From the IMG/VR virus record IMGVR_UViG_3300002835_000006: 64,000 bases of DNA; one strand, given 5' to 3'. The position numbers and the translations under genes are program-made. The notes beneath the pieces are model-generated. The model was given only the letters and a program-made list of their open reading frames with translations, had not been told where the DNA came from and made no database searches. This document shows positions 52,753 to 63,410 of the stretch, piece after piece; position 1 is the stretch's first letter; each line of letters starts with the position of its first letter. The stretch comes from a virus. Lineage: Duplodnaviria; Caudoviricetes.

Positions 52753-54815
52753 CTCGGGACACTCCAGCAAAAACCGTTAAAACAGTAGGTGTCGTTTACG
52801 CCCTGTTGAATTTGATTTTGTCTTCTACCTCTGTGTGTTGCATAGTTGTAAAGTAGCATCAAATTTGGTGTACCGTCGGGTAATGCATCTGTAGGTAATC
52901 CTATTTTTTGTAGGTAACCTATCGTATTTATGAAAGCACCTTCCGCAGATTCACCAGGTAAAAAATCTGACAAAATTGCTAGTGGTAAAGGTATTTTACG
53001 TCTTTTTCCTGGTAATTTTCTAATAATGTTTATTATGTTTTTTATTTCATCAACAAGCGACTTACATTTTTTATAATCAAAAATTCCTTGTGTTATCTGA
53101 GCGGCAATATCAATTCCTGCTTGGACCAAAGCTTTTGTTTGTGCGGTTGAATCTTTTAATTTGTTTGCAACAATTTCATTTACAACAATTTTTATTAGAT
53201 TTACCAACTCTCTTTTCAAGGTTTCAAATAAAACCTTGATAAAGATTCCACCAATCCTAGATACAACTTTTATTACAAAACTTGTGAATTTTTTTATGAA
53301 ATCTACGGAATCTGTAACAATATTTGTTCCTGCGGTGTTCACCTGATTTATCGGAGTGACTGCTTGATTGTACGATAAATTTTTTTCACTTTCGACAACA
53401 CTCAATAAAATAAAAATTGGTAAGAGAACCTTAGGACTAAGTGCAGCACATGCGACAGCAATTGCCATGTTTTTTATGATTCCCTCTGAGATTGTTGCTT
53501 CGGCGTTAAAACTCGCAGGCAAGTATATTTTCCAATCAGGATTTTCAGACAAACTGTCTATAATATTTTCCATGGTTGCAATCTGTTCTTCAAATGTCTG
53601 ACCTGATACGGTATTTTTAAAATCTAAACATTGATTGGTGAGATTATTGAAATCTACAGGTAATTTTACATTTTCACAATCTGCAAATTCCACCACCCCA
53701 TTCTGAACATTATTTACTTCGTTTTCTATTTGCCTTAAATCCTGCTCAGTAAATTCAAAAAATTCATCATCAACCCCATCAAGTTCTGCAACTTTGGAAA
53801 GACCACTTACATCAATCTCTTCTTTGGAATCAAAGCACAGACCTAAAATTCTCGATAATAATGTATAAAATTTAGATTGGCTATCGATTGGGCCAGATGA
53901 TGCCGGAATTTTCATATTCATAAATTGTGATATGAAATTCAGTACTTGTGGTACAAGTTCCGTTGTATCAAAAAGTTTTATTGTAGAGTAATAGTCTTCC
54001 AAAAATGTTCCTACTTTGTTTACTTCTGAGGCAATTCCTTCTCTGTCAACAAGTGCAACTCTATAATAATTTCCTGTAACACCAAATTCGTTTGTTGTTG
54101 TATATTGTATATTGAACAATTTTTGTCCACTGCTTCCTTGGTAGAATTTTCCATTCTCTTCAAAGAAACTTCTGTTGTTATTATTCATTAAACCACTCAA
54201 GGTTCTATTAAAAGGGAAAGGTACAACACCACCATAGGGTCTCATTATATTGTCCGCAACTGTTGGTGGATAACTCTCGTATAAAATTTTTCCGATAGGT
54301 TGGTCGATGTTTTGTTTTAACATACCGTTTGCCAAGGTAATTGCATCCAAAGACTGAACTGGTATGAAAATTGTTGAATTAGCGGGTAATAAATCTATAT
54401 TTTGGGCACTTATTGGAGTATTTGCTTTGTAAATTTGTTCTTGAGAACAACCTAACGATTTAAGTGCTTCTTCCGCTATGATTTTTTTTACTTCAGATTC
54501 AGATTGAACTGCTGACCTAAGTATTAAATTTCTAATGGCCTTTTTACTTGGACCTCCGGTACCCCTTGTCAACCCTATCAAATCATTCAAAGCACTCATA
54601 GAAGTTGGGACCTTTCTCAGGAACCTCTTCTGTTGTTTGTTGATTTTATTTAGTTGGGTAGTAGTCTGATTTAACGATTGGGTTATCGGGTTTGTTTGAC
54701 TTTTTTCTAAATCTTTGTTTGCACGTAAACTTTGGATAAACGCATTTACTGCACTTATCTCTTCACCAGCCTCTTTTGTGGAATTTGAAAGGTCTAAATT
54801 TCCTAATTCTGCCAT
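52749..54815 (-). CDS. hypothetical (probable tail/baseplate) protein
   Basis: 688-aa ORF in the baseplate operon. Confidence 0.7.
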   Translation of the reverse strand: MAELGNLDLSNSTKEAGEEISAVNAFIQSLRANKDLEKSQTNPITQSLNQTTTQLNKINKQQKRFLRKVPTSMSALNDLIGLTRGTGGPSKKAIRNLILRSAVQSESEVKKIIAEEALKSLGCSQEQIYKANTPISAQNIDLLPANSTIFIPVQSLDAITLANGMLKQNIDQPIGKILYESYPPTVADNIMRPYGGVVPFPFNRTLSGLMNNNNRSFFEENGKFYQGSSGQKLFNIQYTTTNEFGVTGNYYRVALVDREGIASEVNKVGTFLEDYYSTIKLFDTTELVPQVLNFISQFMNMKIPASSGPIDSQSKFYTLLSRILGLCFDSKEEIDVSGLSKVAELDGVDDEFFEFTEQDLRQIENEVNNVQNGVVEFADCENVKLPVDFNNLTNQCLDFKNTVSGQTFEEQIATMENIIDSLSENPDWKIYLPASFNAEATISEGIIKNMAIAVACAALSPKVLLPIFILLSVVESEKNLSYNQAVTPINQVNTAGTNIVTDSVDFIKKFTSFVIKVVSRIGGIFIKVLFETLKRELVNLIKIVVNEIVANKLKDSTAQTKALVQAGIDIAAQITQGIFDYKKCKSLVDEIKNIINIIRKLPGKRRKIPLPLAILSDFLPGESAEGAFINTIGYLQKIGLPTDALPDGTPNLMLLYNYATHRGRRQNQIQQGVNDTYCFNGFCWSVPR

Positions 54816-54820
54816 CCGAT

Positions 54821-55189
54821 TTACATTTTATAAATGCCATCATCACTGGAAACATCTTTTTCGATTAAATTTTGTATCATTTCATCATCCAAATCTAAAT
54901 CAGTCAATTTGAATGATTCGTTAGATGTGTTCGATTTTTCCCAAATGGTAGATTGAAGTTTAGAAAGACTCAATTTTTTCTCAACACAATCATTCACAAT
55001 CTTCTGTTGTTTTTCGATTACGGGTCCTATTGTGGTCATGTCTTCGGGGTCCTTTAACATCGTCAACATTTTATTCTGAATTCTTATTGCAGTGTTTCTC
55101 TGTTCCACAAGTTCATTGTAGATTTCTTGCATTAAAGCTAAAATTGAATCTTTAGTAAAATTTATTTCTTTTTTTTGCGGCCTTGGCAT
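54821..55189 (-). CDS. hypothetical coiled-coil protein
   Basis: TATTTAT upstream at 55194-55200. Confidence 0.7.
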   Translation of the reverse strand: MPRPQKKEINFTKDSILALMQEIYNELVEQRNTAIRIQNKMLTMLKDPEDMTTIGPVIEKQQKIVNDCVEKKLSLSKLQSTIWEKSNTSNESFKLTDLDLDDEMIQNLIEKDVSSDDGIYKM

Positions 55190-55204
55190 AATAATAAATA
55201 CTTT

Positions 55205-55954
55205 TTAATCGTTTTTCATTTTAGTTTGAATGGAGATATATAATTTTTTGAATTTTTTAATTGAGCCCCTTATTTCTTTTGTACTAAGGTTAGTCATTTC
55301 CCTGAGAGAGAGTAAAATAATATTTTTATTAAATTTGTTATTTTCTCTTCCTGTGAAAATTGTCTCGTAATTATAAAATAAGTCAATCAGGGCATATCCT
55401 AATTTTTTTTCATTGTCCGACAAAACCTCACAATCAACATATTCTTTTAATTTTTCCAAATAAGTCGATATAACAAGGTTTGTGTCCAAATGGTCTTCAT
55501 CTATTCTGTAAATCATATCAGGACGTTCTTCTATTGTTGAAGATATGTCCTCATAAGATATTTTTCTATTTGTTTCTTTTTGGTCTTTTATTATTTGACC
55601 CATCAAATAGTTCTTACAAATAGTACCAAAATACGAGTAAGCTTTTTTATTTTTTGAAGGTTTGAATTTATCAACCTTCGTCATCAAAAAAGAATGAGTA
55701 TCAACATGGATTTCTTCAAAATCCATATCTTTTCGATAAAGTTTATATCTTCTAATAATAGAAGAAATCATCTTATCTAAAGGAGCTCTTAGAAATTCAT
55801 TATAAATTTTATTTTTTTCTTCGGAGGATTCTGCAATCAAAAATTTTCTAACTGCGGTTTCTTCTCGAACATCAAAATAATTTTCCTTTACTGCTTTTCT
55901 ACCTCTTCTTTTTAACGAAACATCCTCTGTCTTACCTGAAATGGTTTCGGACAT
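55205..55954 (-). CDS. phage sigma factor (gp55-like late sigma candidate)
   Basis: Sigma region-2-like KFKPSKNKKAYSYFGTICKNYL. Confidence 0.6.
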   Translation of the reverse strand: MSETISGKTEDVSLKRRGRKAVKENYFDVREETAVRKFLIAESSEEKNKIYNEFLRAPLDKMISSIIRRYKLYRKDMDFEEIHVDTHSFLMTKVDKFKPSKNKKAYSYFGTICKNYLMGQIIKDQKETNRKISYEDISSTIEERPDMIYRIDEDHLDTNLVISTYLEKLKEYVDCEVLSDNEKKLGYALIDLFYNYETIFTGRENNKFNKNIILLSLREMTNLSTKEIRGSIKKFKKLYISIQTKMKND

Positions 55955-56760
55955 TATTCACTTGTTGGTTGATATTTTATGGCTCTATCATCAACAAAAA
56001 AATACTCTTGTTTAGCCGTTTTTATCCAAAATCTTACCTCGTCTTCTAACATTTTATCTTCACCAAATTTGTAATTCCAAAACAAAGAACCCTCCCTCAA
56101 GTTTGTATGTTTGTAACCCAATCTAGGTACAGTCATTATCACTGCTGAGTTATAGGTTAGTCTTAGTAGAAATTCGTAGACGAATGTCAGTTTCATAGAC
56201 GGTTTCATATAACCAAAGTCTTCTAAAATTTGTTTTTTAATAACACCACCTGAGGTTTGGAAGTTTTGATATTCTTGTAGAGTATCGTTAGTTAGAAATC
56301 CGATTTCTTGAGTGAAATTGGCGGCAAAAGTTGCCTCATTTGTAAAACCTGCGAAAACACCTTTTTCGTCAGTTTCAACCACTACAGGTAAAAATACTTG
56401 CACTTCAGGGAACGAATCAATATATTTTCTTACGTTATCAAACCAAATATTTGAATACTCATCATCAAATTCGAAAATAGAAATCCATTTACCACTACTG
56501 TTCTTTATACCGTGATTTAATTGTGAAGCAAAATTTGGTGTTTCCTCCCAAAGTAAAAGTTTAACATTTAAATTTCCAAAATCGTAGGATTTAAGTAATG
56601 TGACTAATTGTTCTTCAGCTGTGTGAACAATTACTAATTCTTCGATTTCAGTTTTTTGATTTTTGAGTGATGTTATTGCTTTACCAAAATATTCGTCAAA
56701 ATCTTTAGCTTTGGCTGATTTGATTGGTAAAATTACAGATACAGATATTTTGTTGCTCAT
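55954..56760 (-). CDS. GT2-family glycosyltransferase
   Basis: ISVILPI, NHGIKNSSGKWISIFEFDD, YEFLLRL. Confidence 0.8.
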   Translation of the reverse strand: MSNKISVSVILPIKSAKAKDFDEYFGKAITSLKNQKTEIEELVIVHTAEEQLVTLLKSYDFGNLNVKLLLWEETPNFASQLNHGIKNSSGKWISIFEFDDEYSNIWFDNVRKYIDSFPEVQVFLPVVVETDEKGVFAGFTNEATFAANFTQEIGFLTNDTLQEYQNFQTSGGVIKKQILEDFGYMKPSMKLTFVYEFLLRLTYNSAVIMTVPRLGYKHTNLREGSLFWNYKFGEDKMLEDEVRFWIKTAKQEYFFVDDRAIKYQPTSE

Positions 56761-56763
56761 ATA

Positions 56764-57810
56764 TTAAAGTTTTGAAATTTGTTCTTCTAATTGATTTGCC
56801 CTTGTGGTCAAGTAACTTTCAAAAAGGTTTATTACGTCAGTTGTAAATTTTTGTTTGCTTTTGAATTGTTCAACAGTTTTATCCATGTTTTCGTAAAGCT
56901 CAGGTTTGATGTTGTCTTCTAACCAATTCTGAACGAAGTCTGCAATAAAATCAGTTATCAATGTCAAATCCGTAATCCAAACCCCGTTTTCTTGAGTCAT
57001 CCAAGAAGGTTGTAAATCAGGTATTTTACCTAATACAGGTACACCACAAGCCATACTTTCTAATGGAAAAGTACCAAAACCACTTTTAGTATCGACCCAC
57101 ACACTAAGAAAACAATCTTTTAGTGTTTTCGCAAATTCTTTTTCACTCAAACCTCTTAGGTCTCTGAATGTGAACCATCTGTATTGAGGAAATCTTAAAT
57201 AAAAAGTTTTGATGATAGAAATAGCATCCTCTTGTTCACGAGTATGTACACCAATAATTGGCATCGGGGGAATCCCTTTTTTTGTGAATGACTCAGATAT
57301 TACAGGTTCTAAAATATCTACTGATGCCTGTCTCATAACTTTTTCAATATACTCTTTTTGAGTCTGACAGGTTGTTATACATTTGTAAACACCGTGTTGA
57401 GCCCAAGATTGTCCAGGTTGTAATGTTTCAAGCATATACGCATATGATTGAGTAAGAACAATTTTAGCACAAGGTAGATTTTTTACTTGTTCCATCACAA
57501 ATCCGAAGAGTTCAGGAATCACCAAAAAATCCTCAGGTGCGATTTGAAGGTTTTGATTTTCAATTGATTGATGTGGGATTGTCATAAATTCAGACTCTAA
57601 CCACTTATCAACACCCATGTAATCATTTTTTTCGTGTAAAATTACAGGGTTGAAATTCGAATTTTTTAATTCCATTGCAATCTGATAGATATATCTAACA
57701 GATGCTCTTGCATTTCCTTTTGTATCTTGTACAAAGAAATAAATTTTTGATTTTTTTTCTCTAAGATTTGTTATCGAGGCTAAAACCTTGTCTTTAGAAA
57801 TATTTTCCAT
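56764..57810 (-). CDS. GT-B (GT4-like) glycosyltransferase
   Basis: LVIPE, FGTFPLESMACGVPVLG. Confidence 0.75.
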   Translation of the reverse strand: MENISKDKVLASITNLREKKSKIYFFVQDTKGNARASVRYIYQIAMELKNSNFNPVILHEKNDYMGVDKWLESEFMTIPHQSIENQNLQIAPEDFLVIPELFGFVMEQVKNLPCAKIVLTQSYAYMLETLQPGQSWAQHGVYKCITTCQTQKEYIEKVMRQASVDILEPVISESFTKKGIPPMPIIGVHTREQEDAISIIKTFYLRFPQYRWFTFRDLRGLSEKEFAKTLKDCFLSVWVDTKSGFGTFPLESMACGVPVLGKIPDLQPSWMTQENGVWITDLTLITDFIADFVQNWLEDNIKPELYENMDKTVEQFKSKQKFTTDVINLFESYLTTRANQLEEQISKL

Positions 57811-57811
57811 A

Positions 57812-58090
57812 TTAGTAATGATTGATTAACTTTTTATTTAATAGACTGTTAAAGGCTAACTTAAAAGGAACACTAAGGTTGTTTGTACTTTTCAAACCTA
57901 ATTTATCGTCCATCTCTTCGTTTTCTGACAAAACCACTTCCATCAGCATTTTGACAATTTCAAATTTTACGATGTTGACTTTCATTTCTGTGAATCCACT
58001 AGATGATTCTGAACTAACTTCTGAGATGTCCAAATATTTTTCTAACTCATCTAAGTCAACAAAGTAATTCTCGTTTAGTACTTTTAACAT
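57812..58090 (-). CDS. hypothetical protein
   Basis: 92-aa ORF in operon. Confidence 0.7.
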   Translation of the reverse strand: MLKVLNENYFVDLDELEKYLDISEVSSESSSGFTEMKVNIVKFEIVKMLMEVVLSENEEMDDKLGLKSTNNLSVPFKLAFNSLLNKKLINHY

Positions 58091-58674
58091 ATTTCTTGTA
58101 ATTTATTTTTTAGGTCTTTTATAGATTTTATTTGATGAATTATCTGTGTATCTGAATTATAAGAAGTTTCATATTTTATTAAAGTTTTGTTTTGAGGATG
58201 ATTCAACAATAATTTAGGATTAGCTGTTACAAGTATGTCTACGTTTGACCATAAATTATCCATCGTGATTTCACTATAAAACAACACGTGTTCAATTAAA
58301 CTTCCAAATTTAGATATAAAAAAAAGAGATGCGGGTTTTGATTTACCAATCTCGTCTGAAACAATAATAAATTCGTGTTTATCCCGTAAGTCTAAATATA
58401 TACTATTTAAGTCCAAAAGTCCATTTGGTTCTACTGAACCTGCATGACCAAAAATTTCCATGGTGTGTTCTTGATATAAAAAATTATAAAGTTCATCGTT
58501 GTCCTTAAAGGCAAGATGTTCCAAAATATTCAAGGTTGTTATATCTGATTTCACTTTATACTCGAACTCCGATTCCTCCTTAAAAGGGTTGTCAATATAC
58601 CACTTCTCGTATTCTTGTTGGATTTTTCCAAGAGTATTTCGCAAAACACCATTTATTTCGATTCCAATTTTCAT
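58084..58674 (-). CDS. 5'(3')-deoxyribonucleotidase-like HAD fold, degenerate active site
   Basis: MKIGIEINGVL where DxDGVL is expected. Confidence 0.6.
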   Translation of the reverse strand: MKIGIEINGVLRNTLGKIQQEYEKWYIDNPFKEESEFEYKVKSDITTLNILEHLAFKDNDELYNFLYQEHTMEIFGHAGSVEPNGLLDLNSIYLDLRDKHEFIIVSDEIGKSKPASLFFISKFGSLIEHVLFYSEITMDNLWSNVDILVTANPKLLLNHPQNKTLIKYETSYNSDTQIIHQIKSIKDLKNKLQEIC

Positions 58675-59402
58675 TCTTCGTATCTTTTCAATATTTGTGT
58701 TATCAAAGGATTTCTTACAACATCAGTATCCTTGAATTCATGAATTCCGACATCATTGAAATCTCTGAATTTTTTCATAGCATCCCATAACCCTGTCTGA
58801 GTTTTATCTTTATGTCTGTCAAATTGTTCCAAATCTCCTGATATGAAAAATTTAGAATTAAAGCCAATTCGAGTTAAAAGAAGTTTCATTTGACTTGGGG
58901 TCGAGTTTTGAGATTCTTCAAAAATTAAAATTGAATTGTCAATATTCATACCTCTCATGTAGGCAAGAGCAAAAACTTCAATTGCTTCAATCTCTTTTAA
59001 TTTTTCACGTATGTCTTTTCCGATGATTTTATTTAAAAGATAATATGATGGGAATATATAGGGGTCAAGTTTTTCTTCTACACCACCTGGAAGACTACCT
59101 AATTTTTCTTCCGCCTCAACCGCTGGTCTTACAATTATAATCTTCTCAAAAGGGGTTTCAGGGTCAAATAATAAGTCTACCGCACATTTCATTGCAATAT
59201 AACTCTTACCAACACCAGCTGGTCCTGAACAAATTGTAATCTGGTTATTGGATAATTTTTCGTAGTATTCTTTTTGACTTTCGGATAAAAATTTTTGTTT
59301 TGTTTTCTTTTTTAGAATTGACGTTATAAGTTCTTTTTTTGTTTTGAAATTTGAATTTTCTAAAGTTGGGGTAGGAGCTGGATTTTTTTTTGTTCTACTC
59401 AT
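58671..59402 (-). CDS. phoH: PhoH family ATPase
   Basis: GPAGVGKS, RPAVEA.E.LG.LPG, AYMRG, EESQN, GDLEQ.D, DVVRNPL. Confidence 0.93.
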   Translation of the reverse strand: MSRTKKNPAPTPTLENSNFKTKKELITSILKKKTKQKFLSESQKEYYEKLSNNQITICSGPAGVGKSYIAMKCAVDLLFDPETPFEKIIIVRPAVEAEEKLGSLPGGVEEKLDPYIFPSYYLLNKIIGKDIREKLKEIEAIEVFALAYMRGMNIDNSILIFEESQNSTPSQMKLLLTRIGFNSKFFISGDLEQFDRHKDKTQTGLWDAMKKFRDFNDVGIHEFKDTDVVRNPLITQILKRYEE

Positions 59403-60499
59403 TTAACTTTGATTTTTTTTGTTTTAGAGGGTTCTCGTTTATAGACCGTTTTTCCACCATCGGGACTTTCATAAATCCATGGAGTTTCTTTTTCTTTTGT
59501 GTCAATTTGTGATTTTATCCAATTGAAGGTTTTTCTTAGACCTAATGATAGAGGTTGACTGACCTCCCATCCAATTTTTTCTCTAAAGAGTTTATTATCT
59601 GAGTTTCTACCTTTAACACCTAAAGGACATTTGAAACCATACTTTTTGAAGAATTCTTCACCTTCTATATTTTTTATTTTAATATTTTTTCCTGAAAATT
59701 CAATAGCCATTTGTGCTAATTGATTGATTGTCACCATTTCTTCACTACCTATGTTTACAGGTCCTGTAAATTTCGAATACATTAGTCTGAGAACGGCTTC
59801 AATACATTCATCAACATAGAGGAATGACCTTGTCTGTTGTCCGTTACCCCAAACTTCTAATTCGCCACCATCGGGCAATTCTGCTGCTTTTCTACACATA
59901 GCCGCTGGTGATTTTTCACGTCCCCCCTGCCAAGTTCCTTGGGGTCCAAATATATTATGGAATCGGGCAATACGTACATCCAATCCATAGTTTCTATGGT
60001 AGGCCAAATAAATTCTTTCTGAAAATAGTTTTTCCCACCCATATTCAGAATCGGGATTTGCTGGATAAGCCGAACTTTCTTCACAGTTTGGGTTACTTGC
60101 ATCCAATTGGTTATGTTCAGGATACATACAAGCTGACGAGGAATAAAAAACTTTTTTTACTTTCTTTTTTACACATTCACTAGCAACATTCAAATTTATC
60201 AAAGATGAATTATGCATCAAATTTGCATCGTTCTCACCTGTAAAAATGTATAGTGCACCGCCCATATCTGCGGCTAATTGATATAATTCATCAACTCCCT
60301 CTTCTATAACGAGGTCAACAACCTTAGGGTCTGTTAAATCCCCTAAGATAAATTCATGACAAATTTCGTTTTGGAAGAAATATTCATGTTTTTTGATATC
60401 ACAGATTCTTACATGTGCTCCTTCGTTTTTTAATCGTTTGGCCAAATGACCACCGATAAATCCACCACCTCCTAACACTACTACTTTTTTTTGTTTCAT
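59399..60499 (-). CDS. GDP-mannose 3,5-epimerase-like NAD-dependent epimerase
   Basis: GGGGFIG, QLAADMGG, YSSSACMYPEHNQ, PDSEYGWEKLFSER, RFHNIFGP.GTW.GGREK, GVKGRNSDN. Confidence 0.88.
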   Translation of the reverse strand: MKQKKVVVLGGGGFIGGHLAKRLKNEGAHVRICDIKKHEYFFQNEICHEFILGDLTDPKVVDLVIEEGVDELYQLAADMGGALYIFTGENDANLMHNSSLINLNVASECVKKKVKKVFYSSSACMYPEHNQLDASNPNCEESSAYPANPDSEYGWEKLFSERIYLAYHRNYGLDVRIARFHNIFGPQGTWQGGREKSPAAMCRKAAELPDGGELEVWGNGQQTRSFLYVDECIEAVLRLMYSKFTGPVNIGSEEMVTINQLAQMAIEFSGKNIKIKNIEGEEFFKKYGFKCPLGVKGRNSDNKLFREKIGWEVSQPLSLGLRKTFNWIKSQIDTKEKETPWIYESPDGGKTVYKREPSKTKKIKVK

Positions 60500-60502
60500 A
60501 AA

Positions 60503-61141
60503 TTAGATTTTATTGTATAATGTATCAGATTCGAATCTTTGATAAATCTTGTACCCTAATTGTTCCATCAACATATCAAATTCTTTGAGATTCAATTTAT
60601 TTTCATAGCTTTTTACATCTAAATGTGCTGTTTCTGCGTAAATAAAGTAGGGTTTGAATCTTCCCATAGAAGATAAAACTTTATCCTCAGCACCTTCGAC
60701 ATCTATATGAATATAATCAATTTTTGGTATATTATTTTTCATACAGAAAGTGTCAAGTCTGATAGTTTCTACCTCATATCCGTTTATATCATATGTCACA
60801 GTATGATTGAGAGCTTCATTTGTGTTTTCTTTTAATAGTGGTTTTACGATTGAACCAGCATATCTCCAATCAATATTTTTTTTAGTTTCAAAAATACTTG
60901 GGTAGAATGTTGCGGTTCCGTTTTCATCTGAAAATGCGACATTGAATGTTTTTACCCCAAACTTATTTGCAACGCGATAATGTCTTTCGTAGTTTATTTT
61001 GTCAGCTTCGATTGAATAAACATCTGAATTTGGAAAAGTTCTCTTGAAACCTATTCCTTCGCTGAAATCACAAGCACCTATGTCGAACAAAACTAAGTTC
61101 GAAATTTCTGAGAGTTTCTGTCTTACAATATTATGTAACAT
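60503..61141 (-). CDS. FkbM-family methyltransferase
   Basis: FDIGA, IEAD, RLDTF, IHIDVEGAE. Confidence 0.88.
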   Translation of the reverse strand: MLHNIVRQKLSEISNLVLFDIGACDFSEGIGFKRTFPNSDVYSIEADKINYERHYRVANKFGVKTFNVAFSDENGTATFYPSIFETKKNIDWRYAGSIVKPLLKENTNEALNHTVTYDINGYEVETIRLDTFCMKNNIPKIDYIHIDVEGAEDKVLSSMGRFKPYFIYAETAHLDVKSYENKLNLKEFDMLMEQLGYKIYQRFESDTLYNKI

Positions 61142-61951
61142 TTACATTTCATTTATAATTTTTTTTATACCCTCTCTGAGACTAATTTTTGGGTTCCAAA
61201 AATTTAATATATAAGGGTCGGGTTCATTTCTTTTGTCTAACTGAACAGTATCGATTTCGTTAGATGGTGAGACATTACAAGGGATGTATTCTGATATAAT
61301 TTCAGCAACTTCCAAAATTGAATTCCACTCAAAATTTGTAATGTGTAAATTCTGAGTTCTGTCAATTTCATTATATTTTTGAGAAAGGATATACAAAGCA
61401 TTTGAACAATCTTCAGCATGTAGAAATTGTCGTTGTTCCGTTCCATTAGTCATCATAGTAATGTTTCCTTGCTTGGCTTTGATGATAAAATCAGTAATTA
61501 CGTGTGACTTTTCCAAATCATGTTCAGGACCATACACGTTCCAAAATTTGACAGTTAAACCACCGAGAATTTTTGCAAATGTTTCACCGAGAGACTTTGT
61601 AATTCCATAAGGGGAATATGACATATTGGCCATCTGTGAAGATGCAAAGATGAATGGCTTGTTATATTTTTTCAAAGTTTGAAATGTGTATAGAGTTAGT
61701 TTTGTATTATTTTCAATAAACTCATAAGTGTGTTGGTATTTTTTGAGGTATCTAGAACCTCCGACGTCAAATGCTAAGAACATAACAAAATCGACTTTGG
61801 GGATTATAGAATCCAACACATCAGGAATTCGTAAATCTTCTTCTGTGGAGTTCACAATATCGAATTCTATTACTTCATTTCCATTATTTTTCAAGAATTT
61901 ACAAAGTTCTGCACCTATTTGGCCCGCAGAACCCAATACCAAATATTTCAT
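61142..61951 (-). CDS. NAD-dependent epimerase/dehydratase
   Basis: VLGSAGQIG, ASS, YGITK, WNVYGP, RQFLHAED. Confidence 0.88.
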   Translation of the reverse strand: MKYLVLGSAGQIGAELCKFLKNNGNEVIEFDIVNSTEEDLRIPDVLDSIIPKVDFVMFLAFDVGGSRYLKKYQHTYEFIENNTKLTLYTFQTLKKYNKPFIFASSQMANMSYSPYGITKSLGETFAKILGGLTVKFWNVYGPEHDLEKSHVITDFIIKAKQGNITMMTNGTEQRQFLHAEDCSNALYILSQKYNEIDRTQNLHITNFEWNSILEVAEIISEYIPCNVSPSNEIDTVQLDKRNEPDPYILNFWNPKISLREGIKKIINEM

Positions 61952-61952
61952 A

Positions 61953-62786
61953 TTAGAATAAATTTTTTAGATAATTTTCCCACATATAATCTTCCGCAAC
62001 TGGAAGTTCATTAGCTTTTCTGAAATTTCTTTCAATTGCCGGCATCATAGATTGATATTTTTCTGTGGTCAAGCTTGATAAGTCTGGGTCGTCTTCCAAA
62101 AAGATTACACCAGTTGGGTCAAAATATTTGTCAACAACTTTCCTTGAACCATAATAAACTGGAATAGTACCCATCGCAAAACAATCAGTAAGTTTTTCAG
62201 TAAAATACGTGTCGGAGTTATCATTTTCAATAGCAACCGAGAACATATAATCTTTCAATCCGTCTTCTTTATCTTTGAGTTGGTTTGGTCTACCCGTACC
62301 GAACAAGTCAACTTTATCTTTAAGTCTTTCAACCCATTGTAATCTATTTTGATGACCTCTCAACCATCCTTTGTTAGATGCAATCATAGAGACCAATTTT
62401 GTTTTGGGGTGGATTGCTCTATTTTGTGGATATATCCAAGGAGCGGCATTCGAAATGTTATAAACAAACGGTGCACCTAGTTCCAACAAACTATCCATAC
62501 AAGTGAAAATCCATTTGTAATGTTCCCGAGTCTTCTCCAAATCATTTACGAGGACTTTGATGGTATGTTCATTCATTTGAGGTGACTCGAGTAACCATCC
62601 AATTTTTTCCCGTGATGGGTCATTAAAACCCCAATCCTTTATGTAATTGTCTACATATACACTGACCGTGTATGGGTCTTGTGTCTCTCTTGATAGCCAA
62701 CGTAAATATTTTGGCATGTTGCGGTTTGATGAACAATCGTATTCACCCCACCAGTCTGATACCTTTCTAATTGTTACTTTTTCCAT
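61953..62786 (-). CDS. GT10 (alpha-1,3-fucosyltransferase-like) glycosyltransferase
   Basis: YMFSVAIEN....YFTEKL.DCF..GTIPVYYG. Confidence 0.82.
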   Translation of the reverse strand: MEKVTIRKVSDWWGEYDCSSNRNMPKYLRWLSRETQDPYTVSVYVDNYIKDWGFNDPSREKIGWLLESPQMNEHTIKVLVNDLEKTREHYKWIFTCMDSLLELGAPFVYNISNAAPWIYPQNRAIHPKTKLVSMIASNKGWLRGHQNRLQWVERLKDKVDLFGTGRPNQLKDKEDGLKDYMFSVAIENDNSDTYFTEKLTDCFAMGTIPVYYGSRKVVDKYFDPTGVIFLEDDPDLSSLTTEKYQSMMPAIERNFRKANELPVAEDYMWENYLKNLF

Positions 62787-62789
62787 ATA

Positions 62790-63407
62790 TTATCTTTTTA
62801 TAATTACACCTCCATATACACCACCATGAACAACTTCGTGGTGGTATTTGTATTTTGTAATCCACTCAGTGAAAGCTAATCTTTCATGGTGATTATATTC
62901 TTCTTCCCCTCCGTGCCAATCATCAAATCTTATGAAGATTTCGGACCATTTGCATTTTGTCAAGAATTCTAATGAAGAAACTGTTGGTTCATATATGTCA
63001 ACATCAACATTACAAATAGCAATTTCATTTATATTATAATCTTTAGGTTCAGTAAGTTTGTGTATATCTGAAAGAACCAACTTTATATTTGATTTTACAG
63101 ATAACTTTTGTTTGGCCTCTTCGATTGTTTTGGGAAATACTATATGTTTTGCGTTCCAAGCACCTAAAGCAAAAGAACCTTCTCTCCAATCACTTGTGCG
63201 AGGAAGTGGTTTTTTAGATTTTTCTAGTCCTTCAAAATGGTCAACAGTAAAAATTGTTTTATCAGGGAATAAATTTGCAAGCTCAATGGCACTTTGACAA
63301 GTACATGTTCCAAATTCTAATACATCACCAACTAAATTATATTTTTTATTCATCTCCAACAATGTGGGTATGGTACAAGAATTAAAATTGGGGTTTGTGT
63401 TTACCAT
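62790..63407 (-). CDS. TylF/MycF-like class I O-methyltransferase
   Basis: LEFGT..C.S, VDHFEGL, NVDVDIYEPT...LEF, IRFDDW. Confidence 0.8.
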   Translation of the reverse strand: MVNTNPNFNSCTIPTLLEMNKKYNLVGDVLEFGTCTCQSAIELANLFPDKTIFTVDHFEGLEKSKKPLPRTSDWREGSFALGAWNAKHIVFPKTIEEAKQKLSVKSNIKLVLSDIHKLTEPKDYNINEIAICNVDVDIYEPTVSSLEFLTKCKWSEIFIRFDDWHGGEEEYNHHERLAFTEWITKYKYHHEVVHGGVYGGVIIKR

Positions 63408-63410
63408 ATC

